A stretch of DNA of 63,282 bases, filler included, from Saprolegnia diclina VS20 (GCF_000281045.1; 9 parts of 2 records of this genome joined end to end with filler, not necessarily neighbours in it), one strand, 5' to 3'; counted from the whole stretch's first letter, positions 47,808-59,682 are shown. The notes: generated by a model not told the origin, from the sequence alone. Numbers and translations: made by a program.

Positions 47808-48500
47808 TTAAGGCGACTCCAAGAGCGTGATTTTGCGGCCGTAGAGCGGCTGGACCGGGCGCGCGCTGTCTTCGTGAATCTTGTGCTTGTACGTGTCAAA
47901 CTGCGCTTGCGTCATTGTTTGCACGGTCTTGACCACCGCCCACTCGACACCCTCCGTGTACGGCGGCGTCGTGAGCGACCCCGAGTACCGGTACACGCTC
48001 GAGGTCGACGAGAGCCGGAGCGGCGCTGCGTTGACGTTCTTGACCGTCACGTTCGACCCCACGTCCCCAAGGTCCTTGATCGACGGCCAAAGACTCTTCA
48101 AAAACGCGTTCTCGGGCGCCTTGTTGTCAATCTTGAAGAGGACACCAATGACCGCGAGCGACTTGTCGGCCGCTTGATGCACCATGTGCATCTCGAACGG
48201 GTACTGGTACCCGCGCACCGTGTGCTCACTGGGCGCGTGGAAGTGGAATTGCGCCGTCTTGTACGGCTTGGCGTTGAGTGCAAATGACGCTTCCTTGCCG
48301 CCGTCCCAAAACACCTTGATGGTCTCGCCTTCGTTGGCCATGACGCCGTCGGCAGCATTGGTGAACGACATGGTCACGTTCTTCACGTTGCGCGTCGCGT
48401 CCAGCTTGGGAAAGTCGATCGGCGACTGCGACTTGAGCTCCGGGTCGGGGCAGACGGCCGCGACGGCCGCCGCCAGCGCGAGAAGCGAGAAGAGACGCAT
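47808..48500 (-). CDS. Secreted alpha-carbonic anhydrase, copy 1
   Basis: Signal peptide MRLFSLLALAAAVAA; QSPID, FHFHAPSEH, EMHMVH (three Zn-binding His), YSGSLTTPP, RPVQP. Confidence 0.93.
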   Translation of the reverse strand: MRLFSLLALAAAVAAVCPDPELKSQSPIDFPKLDATRNVKNVTMSFTNAADGVMANEGETIKVFWDGGKEASFALNAKPYKTAQFHFHAPSEHTVRGYQYPFEMHMVHQAADKSLAVIGVLFKIDNKAPENAFLKSLWPSIKDLGDVGSNVTVKNVNAAPLRLSSTSSVYRYSGSLTTPPYTEGVEWAVVKTVQTMTQAQFDTYKHKIHEDSARPVQPLYGRKITLLESP

Positions 48501-48513
48501 CGTTGGTGAGCGG

Positions 48514-48530
48514 CGAAATGAAAAATGAGG
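48514..48530 (-). promoter_or_regulatory. Putative Inr+FPR core promoter of carbonic anhydrase copy 1
   Basis: Minus strand CCTCATTTTTCATTTCG just upstream of the ATG. Confidence 0.55.
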
Positions 48531-50558
48531 GCTTTGTGCCAAGAGGAAAAGCGGCGCGTTGCTAACAGCGTGCCACGGCCTTTGCGCTGGATCGACTGCA
48601 CCCACGTCCGCGATGTGCAACCAGCTGTTGTAGCATGTGGTCATCACCTGCCTTGGTTCGAGTATGACGCACGACGAAGGATGCTGCCGGCGGAATCGCG
48701 CCGCCGATGTTGTGCATAACATAAAAGGGGCCAGCGAATCTCATGCGAAGAGAGCGATGCGACTTCTGGTCGGTTGCTGACCACAGCGACCTTGTGCGAC
48801 TCTTCCGACAGGAGCTGCGGACGAGCGCTCGTCTCGTGGTTTGGGTGACGAACCGTGTGCAAGAGTGGCCGACGATAACGAAACGACGGTGCCCCGTAGA
48901 CACGACAGCGCCACAGTGTGATCCAACAAGAATTACAGAGCGGACCTTGGGTTGTGGAAGCCAAGGTGTGGCCCTGCACCCAGCATTTCGATCATGCGGC
49001 CGAGTCCGATCAGTCGTCGCACGACAGGCGCGTGCTGGCGATGCTAGAAGAGGCACCGCAAGCAAAGTTAAGGCGAGACCCCGCGGCAACAGGGACAGCA
49101 TGACGCCAGTAGCCATCTCTGCCAACATCCACACCCGGCAGAGAGCGATGGGCTGGTCCGAAAGAGCGCGACAAAGTGTCCATCTTGCTCGGGCAAGCAG
49201 GCGGTTCCCCACATTTCTTTATTTTTTTTCGCCACCCAATGTGCTCACGAAGGAAAGCCAAGCGCGGTCTGCGGTTTGTCGTTGGACGCGGGCCACAGAC
49301 AGCGGCAGAGATATCGCTCAGCAGTCATGGGCTGTCATTCCCACTGGACAGTTCGAGGTTGATCAAAGTTCAAATTTATTCTCCGGACCCTGCTCCGGAC
49401 CGGCTCCAGCTACCAGCTCCCTTTCTCGTGGAGTCTAGCTCAGCAAATCAAGCGAGAAATAGTGTCCAGCGAGGCCGAGCATCGCCGCAGGTATACGTGC
49501 TTTGAAATGAAAATCACTTGATGCTAGAACGTTCAGACAGGCAGATTCAATGGGCAACGAAAACGTCAGCGTCAAGTCCCTCTAACTCGATCCCTGCGAG
49601 AAGCTCGCCATGCAAACCAGCACAAAGAATGGACGTCGTCGTTCTGGATACGGCGCCATCATCGGCGCTCCCAGATCCCAGATCTGATCGATTTGGAAAT
49701 GGTATGCTTCAATACATATGGCGACAATTCGCCTTCCGACTCCCTCACGTCGTCGTCGCACCTGGGTACCTCCTTTCATGGGTGCAAGAAGGTCAACGCA
49801 CAGAAGATCGCGGGAAGCAGAACGATCAGCTAGAACGATCCGTGTAGTAATACGGATGACCGTCATGTCGTTCATAAGCCTATCAAGGGACAACAACGTC
49901 CTCATGGCGCCGTGCACTTGCTGTGTTGTCATGTGCTCTTTCTGGGGTAAACATCCCGCGTCAACGCCTGTAAGAACACATGGAAGCATGGAGTCGAAGC
50001 ACGTCTGGCTTTGTTGTCGCGCTTCGTTGCAACTCAGGCCAGTATATACACAAGTGCGTCGACTCTGTCATGGTCCAAGCTCTTCGGACACAGTTGACGC
50101 GTCCTCTTCCCAGACTACAGTTTGTTGGGTGACGCAGTAGGCGTCACCTCGCAGACGAGAGAGCCCAAGAGAGTCATCGACGTCCTTGGTGTACTGCTTG
50201 TGTGCAGAGGCGAGGGAGGTGCCTTGGATCGAGCGATGCAGGAAAAAATTCGGTAGTCAAATGTGTGACGTGGCAAGCGGACGTGAATTTGTTTAAAGCG
50301 CACGAACGAGGGCCGTTGCGAGGTCCTGTCGCTCAAGTTGTTGTCATGGCAATAACCTCCGTGCGCTGCGACGACGAGGGCCATTTGGCTCAGGACGTCG
50401 CGTGCTGAAGGGTCTCTGTCCAAAGTTTACCTTTGAGAGACCACGATGGCTGCACACGAACACTGCGAATGGCGTCGAGAGCTGGGCAATGAGGGTAATA
50501 AGGTGACCCTTATAACCAGTGGGCTGCTACGATGGAAACAACGTGGGCGAGCGCCGCT

Positions 50559-50578
50559 TACACGACGCTCTTCCGATC
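50559..50578 (+). other. Illumina adapter fragment embedded in the assembly
   Basis: TACACGACGCTCTTCCGATC equals part of the Illumina read-1 primer/adapter and lies between two identical 44-nt direct repeats. Confidence 0.92.
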
Positions 50579-51671
50579 CAGTGGGCTGCTACGATGGAAA
50601 CAACGTGGGCGAGCGCCGCTTTGAAAAGCTTTGTCCTAAACAAGGGCATCCATCTATTGAGGCGCCAACAGTAGATAGAGTCAAGGTGGCGATGCGCTTT
50701 TGCATATAATATGTGTACCAGGGCACAAAACACGTCCCAAAATGGCGCCAATTTGGAGGCTGAAGTTTTATTTATGTTGGGATGTCGTGGTGCGTGCAAA
50801 TGATATTGTGCGTTTGGAATGGGCGCTTTCACATGGTTTTTCGAGATCGCCCACCCCTATAAATATGCAATCCGTCTTACTCAGTCGCTCGAATTCGCAC
50901 AACTGTATCGACTGCTAGAGTGTAGTCAGAGCTGACTATTGGAGCCAGCCGCTCGTTTGAATATATGTTAGGACACTGAACTGCTCTCGGAAATGAATAC
51001 ACTAAGTCTTAGCACAGCACACACACTCTGGTAAAACAAGTTGGATCGAAATGGAGCAGCACTCCAGACGTCCGAGAGCGCATTCTGAATGGCTGTTGAG
51101 CAACTCGCGTCGTGAATCGCAAGACCATTCATGTCTTGGCAAGCGTCTCGATGAACTCGACACAATCACTGTATTTTCNNNNNNNNNNNNNNNNNNNNNN
51201 NNNNNNNNNNNNNNNNNNNNNNNNNNNNNNNNNNNNNNNNNNNNNNNNNNNNNNNNNNNNNNNNNNNNNNNNNNNNNNNNNNNNNNNNNNNNNNNNNNNN
51301 NNNNNNNNNNNNNNNNNNNNNNNNNNNNNNNNNNNNNNNNNNNNNNNNNNNNNNNNNNNNNNNNNNNNNNNNNNNNNNNNNNNNNNNNNNNNNNNNNNNN
51401 NNNNNNNNNNNNNNNNNNNNNNNNNNNNNNNNNNNNNNNNNNNNNNNNNNNNNNNNNNNNNNNNNNNNNNNNNNNNNNNNNNNNNNNNNNNNNNNNNNNN
51501 NNNNNNNNNNNNNNNNNNNNNNNNNNNNNNNNNNNNNNNNNNNNNNNNNNNNNNNNNNNNNNNNNNNNNNNNNNNNNNNNNNNNNNNNNNNNNNNNNNNN
51601 NNNNNNNNNNNNNNNNNNNNNNNNNNNNNNNNNNNNNNNNNNNNNNNNNNNNNNNNNNNNNNNNNNNNNNN

Positions 51672-51898
51672 GCAAATGACGCTTCCTTGCCGCCGTCCCA
51701 AAACACCTTGATGGTCTCGCCTTCGTTGGCCATGACGCCGTCGGCAGCATTGGTGAACGACATGGTCACGTTCTTCACGTTGCGCGTCGCGTCCAGCTTG
51801 GGAAAATCGATGGGCGACTGCGACTTGAGCTCCGGGTCGGGGCAGACGGCAGCGACGGCCGCCGCCAGCGCGAGAAGTGTTGTTGAAAAGAGGCGCAT
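51672..51898 (-). CDS. Alpha-carbonic anhydrase copy 2 (5' part; remainder probably in the N gap 51179-51671)
   Basis: MRLFSTTLLALAAAVAAVCPDPELKSQSPIDF..., nearly identical to copy 1; the 493-nt gap fits the missing ~472 nt. Confidence 0.88.
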
Positions 51899-53332
51899 GA
51901 TCTCAGCTGTTGCGTGTGGAAATGGATTGTGAGGAGTTTGAACCAAGGGGGAAATGCGGCTTCGACTTCGCTGCTCTCAATCTGCACCCACCGAAAGCGA
52001 TATTCGTTGTCGAAGCAGATGGGTTATGGAACAGCACATGTCCACAACCAGCTGTGTCGCCACAAGGCCATCCGGTCTGTCTGCGTTCAAGGTCGTCCAA
52101 GTTGGGGATATAACTTTGAGATATCGATGCGCGCATCACATTCAAGGCACCATGTCTATGCGATGAAAATCAGCAGCAAAAAAGACCTAGACGGTGAGCT
52201 GCAACAGATCCTATGGACGCTCTCGGTGAAGCCGAGGGCTGTGTACATATGTGAAGTTGCTGTGGTTTGGGTGCGCGACGGGCAACACAGCTACTCTTCG
52301 TACTGCCGTGTAGTAGTACCAGTACAGTACTGTACAATGTAGTAGCCAACGATAACGGACCGACAATCGCCCGTAGACACGACCGAGTGCCTCTGTCCTA
52401 CCTCGCAACGCGCTTTGCTCCAAGCACAAGGGTGGCGCTCCGGCCATCATCCAATCTCTCTATCTTTGGCGGACGACAGGCTTGCGCCAGCAAGACGAGG
52501 TGCCAGAACTTTGTTTCGAAGCGAGAACGAGCTGAAGTGATTGCCACGACTTTTGAAGAAAGGAAAATTGCATGATTTGACAATAACTCCAGTCGCCAAC
52601 AGAATTGGGGACTTGACTGCAGTGTACTAGTAGGTAGCACGGTCGGCGACACAAAGAAAGGCGGTCAAGCTTTGACACACGGTGCGAGAGACGACACGCG
52701 TAGGGCGATTGGGAAGTGATACGCTTCAACCTACTTGACGAAGATTCGCCTTCGTGCACTATGTTATGGATTTTCGAAGTTGCAAAAACACCACAACGCG
52801 AATTACGTACACCATTGGGTGACACTACATATAGGGACATAATCATACATGGTTATTGGATGCAAACACCCTGTCTTCGCGTTCGCTCGTGCGCTTTGGC
52901 CTCCATGGTTCGATCGTTTGGGGTTCCTTCCACGACGATGTATACGGCGAACCGGGACCACCTTCCGACAGCGCAAGGACACACCGCGTGGCGCGTGTCC
53001 GCTTGCAAATCTGAAACGATTCCGAGGGATCCCACATCGCGCTACATTCCATGATATGCCCTCAACATGTTCTAGTCAATTTTATCTTGCACAAGATTCG
53101 CTCTTCTAAAACATCATTTTCCACGTGGTAGGTCGAGCGGTCAAGCACCATTTGAAAAAGTAATGCGGTAGTCCTGCTGGAGACCATCGGCTGCCGTCAA
53201 ACGTCCATTCCTGTGAGTTCAAAACCCGCTGTGTCATATTTTATCGCCAAGGTACAGTATGCCACCACCACAAAATCGTTATAAGTACGTCGAAAATGAA
53301 ACGAGTCGTGTTGACAGGGACTCGACAAGGTC

Positions 53333-53505
53333 TTATGGGGACTGGAAGAGCGTGACCTTGCGGCCGTAGAGCGGCTGGACCGGGCGCGCGCTGTCTTCGT
53401 GAATCTTGTGCTTGTACGTGTCAAACTGCGCTTGCGTCATTGTTTGCACGGTCTTGACCACCGTCCACTCGACGCCCTCCGTGTACGGCGGCGTCGTGAG
53501 CGACC
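53333..53505 (-). CDS. Alpha-carbonic anhydrase copy 3 (3' part, truncated by contig edge)
   Basis: SLTTPPYTEGVEW...RPVQPLYGRKVTLFQSP*, nearly identical to the end of copy 1. Confidence 0.88.
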
Positions 53506-53887
53506 NNNNNNNNNNNNNNNNNNNNNNNNNNNNNNNNNNNNNNNNNNNNTTAATTAATTAANNNNNNNNNNNNNNNNNNNNNNNNNNNNNNNNNNNNNNN
53601 NNNNNTTGTGGAGCGACGCGAGAGCTTCTGGGAGCACTAGGTTTCGGTGGCTCTCCGCTTTAGAGCTGCCGTCGATCATCACGACAGCATAGTTGTAGCT
53701 TAGTTGTACAGTAGTGGTACATAGTAGTCTAGTACATAGTATTTATAGAACATATCAGCAAGCTGGGTAGATAATGTCATTCAACATGTCGATTCAAGGG
53801 TTTGGTCTACCTCACCCTCACGTTTCATCGTTGCCACGAAGCAACCTCGGCTGTCGCTCGCAACTGCTCGAATCCAAGGTATAGGTC

Positions 53888-54070
53888 ATGGTTAGGTGCA
53901 GCCCGCAGGTACTCGATGCTTGCGCCGACTCGGACTCTGCACAAGACGGCTCGGTCACGGCCGGCGCGGCGAGTGCCGACTCGTTGGCGGCCGTGAGCAA
54001 GGGTTTCTTCCCCGAGCTGCTCTGGTACGCGGCCAACCTCAAGGCCGGTCGCGCTGCCGGCACGCCGTAA
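53888..54070 (+). pseudogene. Short gene fragment resembling the C-terminus of an NADPH-dependent FMN reductase
   Basis: FFPELLWYAANLKAGRAAGTP* helix; no intact upstream part visible. Confidence 0.3.
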
Positions 54071-54419
54071 GTTTTGGTAGTCGTTCCTCATTTTGAAAGC
54101 ACTACGCATGTAACATGATTTTCCTATTCATCATCAAACACTTTGTAAATCCAACCTAGGAATGACCAAATGATTGATTTTGACAGTGTGAATCAGCGAT
54201 CGTGCACAATTTGATAATCTTGTCTCCTAATTGCAGGGTGATTTGTACATTTTTCATGCAAAATTGCTACCCATATCGTCCAAAGCACACAGCAAGCAGC
54301 AAAGTCGCATCCGCCTTGCATCGAAAAAGCCTTGGCAACCGCCGCCTGGTCCTCCGGCTGCCACGTGGCGCGGTAAATGGCGTGCGATTAGCCAGATCGC
54401 GATCTTGTGGGGGCACGAC

Positions 54420-55877
54420 ATGCCTCTCGACGTCGGCGACAGCGTGCGCGTCAAGAGCTCGGGCGCGCTCGGCGAGCTCCTGCAGATCCGCGTTGCGTCG
54501 TCGGCCTACGTCGTCAAGCTCAAGGACGGTACGCTCCTCAAGAACGTCCCGTTCAACGACGTCGAAAAGTACTCGGCGGCTGCGACACCGGCCAAGCAGG
54601 CGATCGTACTCGCTCCCGACGCATTTGCTGTCGGTACCAAAGTCGACGCCAAGTACAAGGGCAAGACGTTTTACCCGGGAACGATCGCGCGGGCGCACGC
54701 CGACGACCGCTACGACATCGACTACGACGACGGCGAGAAGGAAACCAAAGTCCCGCGCGACTACCTTCGGATCGTAGCGGCATCAACCGCCAAGCCGACG
54801 GCGTCGCCACCAGCAAAACAAGCGGCGAAGAAGGCGGCTACAAGCGGCGACGAGCTGGACGTGGGGACCAAAGTTGAAGCGCGCTATAAGGGCAAAACGG
54901 CCTACTGTCCGGGCACGATCACCAAGGTCAACAACGACGAGAGCTTTGACATTACGTACGACAACGGCGAGAAGGAGTCGGGCGTCGACCGCGACCTCAT
55001 TCGGTCCACCGATGCGCCGCCGGCCAAGAAGCCGTCCAAGACACCGTCGAGCCCGAGCAAGCAGAGCGGACTCAAGGTCGGGACCAAGGTCGAGGCTCGG
55101 TACAAGGGGAAATCCAAGTACTACCCCGGCAAAATCGCCAAGTGCCACGCCGACGAAACGTATGACATTGACTATGACGACGGGGAAAAGGAAAAACGCA
55201 TTGAGCGAGATCTCATCCGAGTGGTCGTCACAAGCAGCACCAAGACCTCTCAACACAACACCGAGACGGACCTGGTCGTCGGCACCAAAGTCGAAGCCAA
55301 GTACAAGGGCAAGACGTACTACCCTGGTACGATCGCCAAAGTCAACGACGATGAGAGTTATGACATCGACTACGACGACGGGGAGAAGGAGAAACGCGTC
55401 GACCGCGACTACATTCGCATCGTCGCCGCACCAGCGAAGCCGGCACCCAAGAAGAGCGAGAAAAAGAGCGTGTGGGAAGCAGGCATGTCAGTGGACGCGC
55501 GCTACAAAGGCAAGTCCAAGTATTATCCCGGCAAGATCACCAAGGTGCACAGTGACGGAACCGTCGACATCGACTACGACGACGGCGAGAAGGAGAAGCG
55601 CATCGACACCGATCTCGTTCGAGCCAGAGGTAGCCCCACAAAGCCGGCGACAACGCAGCTCGACGTCGGCACCAAGGTCGAAGCCAAGTACAAGGGCAAA
55701 ACATACTACCCCGGCAAGATCGCCCGTTGTCACGCAGACGGCAGCTACGACATCGACTACGACGACGGCGAAAAGGAGAAACGCGTGGCAGCCGACTTCG
55801 TTCGAGCCAATGGCAGCCCTAATAAGGCGGCGGCAACGCAGCTCGACGTCGGCACCAAGGTTGAAGCCAAGTACAAG
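54420..55877 (+). CDS. Tandem Tudor-domain protein (LBR/Agenet-type repeats), 3' truncated
   Basis: Six complete repeats plus a partial seventh of VGTKVEA(K/R)YKGK..YYPG.I.....D..YDIDYDDGEKE..V....IR with K/P/S/T-rich linkers, preceded by a divergent barrel-like N-terminal unit. Confidence 0.88.
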
Positions 55878-55977
55878 NNNNNNNNNNNNNNNNNNNNNNN
55901 NNNNNNNNNNNNNNNNNNNNNTTAATTAATTAANNNNNNNNNNNNNNNNNNNNNNNNNNNNNNNNNNNNNNNNNNNN

Positions 55978-56894
55978 GCGACCATGACGACGTCGTGGCA
56001 AAATTGCTTGCGTATCTTCTGTCGCCGGTTGAGACGATCGACAAGGGGCTCGACGCGCTGCAAGCTCGTGAAGAGAAACTCACGGCGGCCAGAGACCATG
56101 TGTGTCTGCGCAACACGGTACGCTGCTTGCCAAACGCGATTCGACACAGTACATATCCTATGTAGGCTGGACAAGCAGCCAAAGATTTGGCGACCGCTGG
56201 TGCCAAGTTGCTTTTGGACAAGTTTTTACAGAGCATTGAGGAGCAGCTGGAGCCTATCCGGCGCCTTCTCGAGGTGCCAACGATGCGAATGGAACGAGCG
56301 CTCATGCTTGATGGTATTAGGAAGCACGGCTCGTCGAAGCCGTCGCTGCCAAAAAATTGGCGGATGTCAAAAAGTTGCTGAACGAAGGCGCTGCCGTCAC
56401 GGAGGATGGCGTCATGGTGTCATTATCTCGACATGGACTGGCACTTGACGACGATATGTGTGGTTGTAGGAGACGATATGGCGTGCGGCTGTCGGCGCAA
56501 ACGACAAGGAATTGATCACNNNNNNNNNNNNNNNNNNNNNNNNNNNNNNNNNNNNNNNNNNNNNNNNNNNNNNNNNNNNNNNNNNNNNNNNNNNNNNNNN
56601 NNNNNNNNNNNNNNNNNNNCGGCGGACGTGTACTCGTTTGGCGTCGTCTTGGCCGAGCTCTCGTGGATCCGCACACCGTACGACAGCAGCCCCCAGGACA
56701 CGGAGGGCAATCGGGACCTCTCCCCATCCATCCAGCCCCACTGCGCCATGTGGTTCAAGGCTCTGGCCTCTCAGTGCTTGGCGAAGGACCCGACGGAGCG
56801 CCCGTCTGCAGCCCACGTCGTCGAGATTTTGGCTGCCCACCTCGACGACGACGACCATGTGACGCTCGAACCAACACCCGAGCCGTCGCCGTAA
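55978..56894 (+). CDS. Fragment of an ankyrin + TKL kinase gene (gap inside)
   Basis: ANK-like LVEAVAAKKLADVKKLLNEGA; kinase C-lobe ADVYSFGVVLAEL...CL..DP..RPSA after the gap. Confidence 0.7.
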
Positions 56895-57559
56895 CAAATG
56901 TAGATAGTGGTGTATGCGTCGAGGCAGGAGGATGTAGTATCTTTGGTGGTGGTGGCGTTGTGGAAGGGTACCCGGGGCGACTCCGGTCAAGACGCTCTGA
57001 CACAAGCTCCATGTCGAATGCGATAAATCAACATAGTACGTCCATCGAATCGACGCGCTGCTCGGTAGTATCGCGATCGCCACGTCGTCGCTGTGTTTAA
57101 ACGCCGTTTAACGTGCCAACACAAAACGTCAAACTCCAACGAACAGCCAAAGCGACGGGTTGCTGTTGCCGTTGACGCCGCTTGCTTTGCTGATCGTTCC
57201 ACCTTGACGCGGACGTACCACACGACGTAGAATCTCGCAGCAGCAGTGGCCTTCTGTGGGTTTAGGGGAGGTGTAGGGTAAGGGTCGGGTGTTTTTTATG
57301 CTTTGGGGCGTACTAGTACAGTGCCTCGCTGTACGAACCGTGGCAACCCGTGTAAGCAAGCAGCGCCCTTGATGGCAATGCCTTCGCAACCACTACCCGG
57401 GTTGCCGTGTCCTTGCAGTGATCAATGTCGCAACGGACTGCGATTCGCCCAAGATGTTGGGCTGCCGGCCTCGATGCCTCATTCTATCTGCACCAAGGTC
57501 CCCCGGAGAGTATAATAAAGTAGGCAACATGCTTTGTAGTATTGAATACCTAAACGGTG

Positions 57560-57952
57560 TCAACTAATGGTGCATCGTGCGTCTGGTGCTAAAGCCATTG
57601 CCGGTACAGCATCCACACAAAAGTCGTAGTCGGCGTCATCCATGCCAGCATCGTCAACTTCGTCGCAATCATACTCGTCCTCCGAGTCGACAGTAGCGTC
57701 CAAGGCGTCCATGGCATCGGCCTCGCCGGCCAGCTCGTCGTCATAGTCGCTGCGTCCGTAGAGAACCTTGCGGTGTGGCTTGCGCTGACCCCAGTGGTAG
57801 TACCGCCGTCGGTTCAAGCGACAGCTATTGCCAAAGTTGCAGTCGCCGTGGGTCTCAGATTTGTGAATGCGCCGCATGAGCTGCTTGGCTGCGGTCACTG
57901 CCTCGGCAGCGTAGTCGGTGGCATCGGTGCCCTTGGCCAGCGTGCGCAGAAC
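57560..57952 (-). CDS. C-terminal fragment of an unknown protein with basic segment and acidic tail
   Basis: Open frame to stop at 57560; RRIHKSETHGDCNFGNSCR followed by a D/E-rich tail. Confidence 0.4.
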   Translation of the reverse strand, partial: VLRTLAKGTDATDYAAEAVTAAKQLMRRIHKSETHGDCNFGNSCRLNRRRYYHWGQRKPHRKVLYGRSDYDDELAGEADAMDALDATVDSEDEYDCDEVDDAGMDDADYDFCVDAVPAMALAPDARCTIS

Positions 57953-58423
57953 NNNNNNNNNNNNNNNNNNNNNNNNNNNNNNNNNNNNNNNNNNNNTTAA
58001 TTAATTAANNNNNNNNNNNNNNNNNNNNNNNNNNNNNNNNNNNNNNNNNNNNGTCCAAACGTTATCGTTTGCTTTGGCGCGTCGTTATCAAAACTCCGGT
58101 ATTTCGTCGTTTGCACCGTAAATATCACAGGGTTGTGATTGGTGCATTTAATGACCCTTTGGGCGAATCAGACAACGTTACCAATTTGACCTGGAGGATG
58201 ATGAGCTCCATGATCTGGCCATAATAGAGAGATTTCGGAAATCGCCTGTACCAGTACCAGTACCCGTATATTTCTGATTTTTTTGCGGGTGGGGGTAATT
58301 GTAGGGAGGTCGCATTCGTCGATTTCGGAGCCCGGTTTTTCCCTTACCCGCAGCACGCGACGGATATGAGTTGCATATCCGGATGCTCGGCGTCATTTCC
58401 AAACCACTCGTCTGTTAGAAAGG

Positions 58424-58968
58424 ATGCAGCAGGAGCGTCTCGTCCTCCTACTGCTTTGGTGGAGGAAGAACCGCAAGAAGCGGTTCGCGCGGTCGAGGGT
58501 CCTCGCCATCATGGCTACTTGGATCGTCGAGCGTCCTCTAGTACCTGACGTTCGCTTTGCTCTTCACGAGATGCGCAATGCAGATGCTATACTTTCATTT
58601 CGCTTTGATGTGCAGAGCATTGTACGCCTCGCCGATGTCCTCGGCCTGCCCCACGTGGTTAAAACCGAGGAAGGAGACAAAGTGTATGGTGTAGAGGCGA
58701 TGTGCATCATGTTAAAGCGAATGAAGTACCCGATAACCTACTACGATATGATGCAAACGTTTGGGCGCTCTCGTGGCCAATTGGCGCGCATCTACAACTA
58801 CACCATCGATTTTCTCTACGCTCAATGGGAGCATACGATCTACTTCGCCGACTACGTCGACCGTGATCGCTTACAGCTCTATGCTGATGTGGTGCACCGC
58901 CACGGCGCCCCAACGATCAATGTCTTTGCCTTTCCCGATGGCACCAAGGTCGAGACGTGCCGCCCGCA
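58424..58968 (+). pseudogene. Truncated DDE_Tnp_4 (HARBI1-like) transposase
   Basis: FRF...L...L.LP, EAMC..LKR..YP......FGRS HTH region and first catalytic motif AFPDGT; stops resembling a transposase after CRP. Confidence 0.8.
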
Positions 58969-58969
58969 T

Positions 58970-59299
58970 GCTTCCGTCGACGAGCTCCACAATCTCGTCG
59001 AGCAGCTTCGTCGTCTCCGACTCGTCCTCATCGACACCAGACAAAGTCATAGATTCAGCATTAGCCTTACGGTGCTTCTCTTGGAGAAGTTGGAAACGGC
59101 CCTGGAGCCTCTTGACGTCGACGTCGCGGTCGAAGTCTTCGCACTCGTTGAGGATCTTGACAACCGCTTCCCACCGCGGCAAGGCCGGGCCCAGAGACTG
59201 TTCCGTAAGAAACGGGCGCTCGAGGTTCAGCTGTCGAAGCAGCATGAGGTCCTCGTCGGCAGTCCAGTTGCGGCGCTTTGGCGCCTCCTTGGGTGGCAT
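58970..59299 (-). pseudogene. Truncated Myb/SANT-like DNA-binding partner ORF of the Harbinger-like element
   Basis: RRNWTADEDLMLL...PF...WEAV...L...RF.LL...SG..E...LLDEI, typical of Harbinger ORF2 proteins. Confidence 0.75.
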
Positions 59300-59682
59300 G
59301 GCTTGTCAAACTGGCGCGCCCTCCTCCACACAAAACCATGGTCCTGTGTTTGCGCAATCGCAGGCCACATGACCCATGCGCTTACGTAATCACAAAATGG
59401 CTCTGCTGGTACGGATTGGGCGCCCGTGCAAATCGCTAAATCCAAGGATTCCAGCATCGAGTTTCAACGGGTATCCGTAGACGCTTTAATTCTGACAGGT
59501 TTTTTTCTACGGGTACCGGTACAGATGGGCTCCGAAATCTCTCTAATGAAGGTGCTACATATATCGTAGCGTGCTGCTAGCGNNNNNNNNNNNNNNNNNN
59601 NNNNNNNNNNNNNNNNNNNNNNNNNNTTAATTAATTAANNNNNNNNNNNNNNNNNNNNNNNNNNNNNNNNNNNNNNNNNNNN

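Larger units (their letters stand above)
58226..59544. mobile_element. PIF/Harbinger-superfamily (PHIS) DNA transposon, internally deleted, ends intact
   Basis: 14-bp TIR AGAGAGATTTCGGA (58226-58239 / 59531-59544), AAT on both flanks, subterminal inverted CTGTACC..TACCCGTA motifs; convergent transposase and Myb-like ORFs. Confidence 0.88.

Noticed and set aside
50516..50621. CRISPR-like repeat-spacer-repeat
   Set aside because: Eukaryotic context, only two repeats, no cas genes, and the spacer is Illumina adapter sequence
48720..50950. Possible degraded retroelement between carbonic anhydrase copies
   Set aside because: No convincing RT, integrase or endonuclease motif and no terminal repeats seen
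58424..59389. 321-aa ORF as an intact transposase
   Set aside because: Its C-terminal ~140 aa are the antisense of the Myb-like ORF; the second and third catalytic residues are missing
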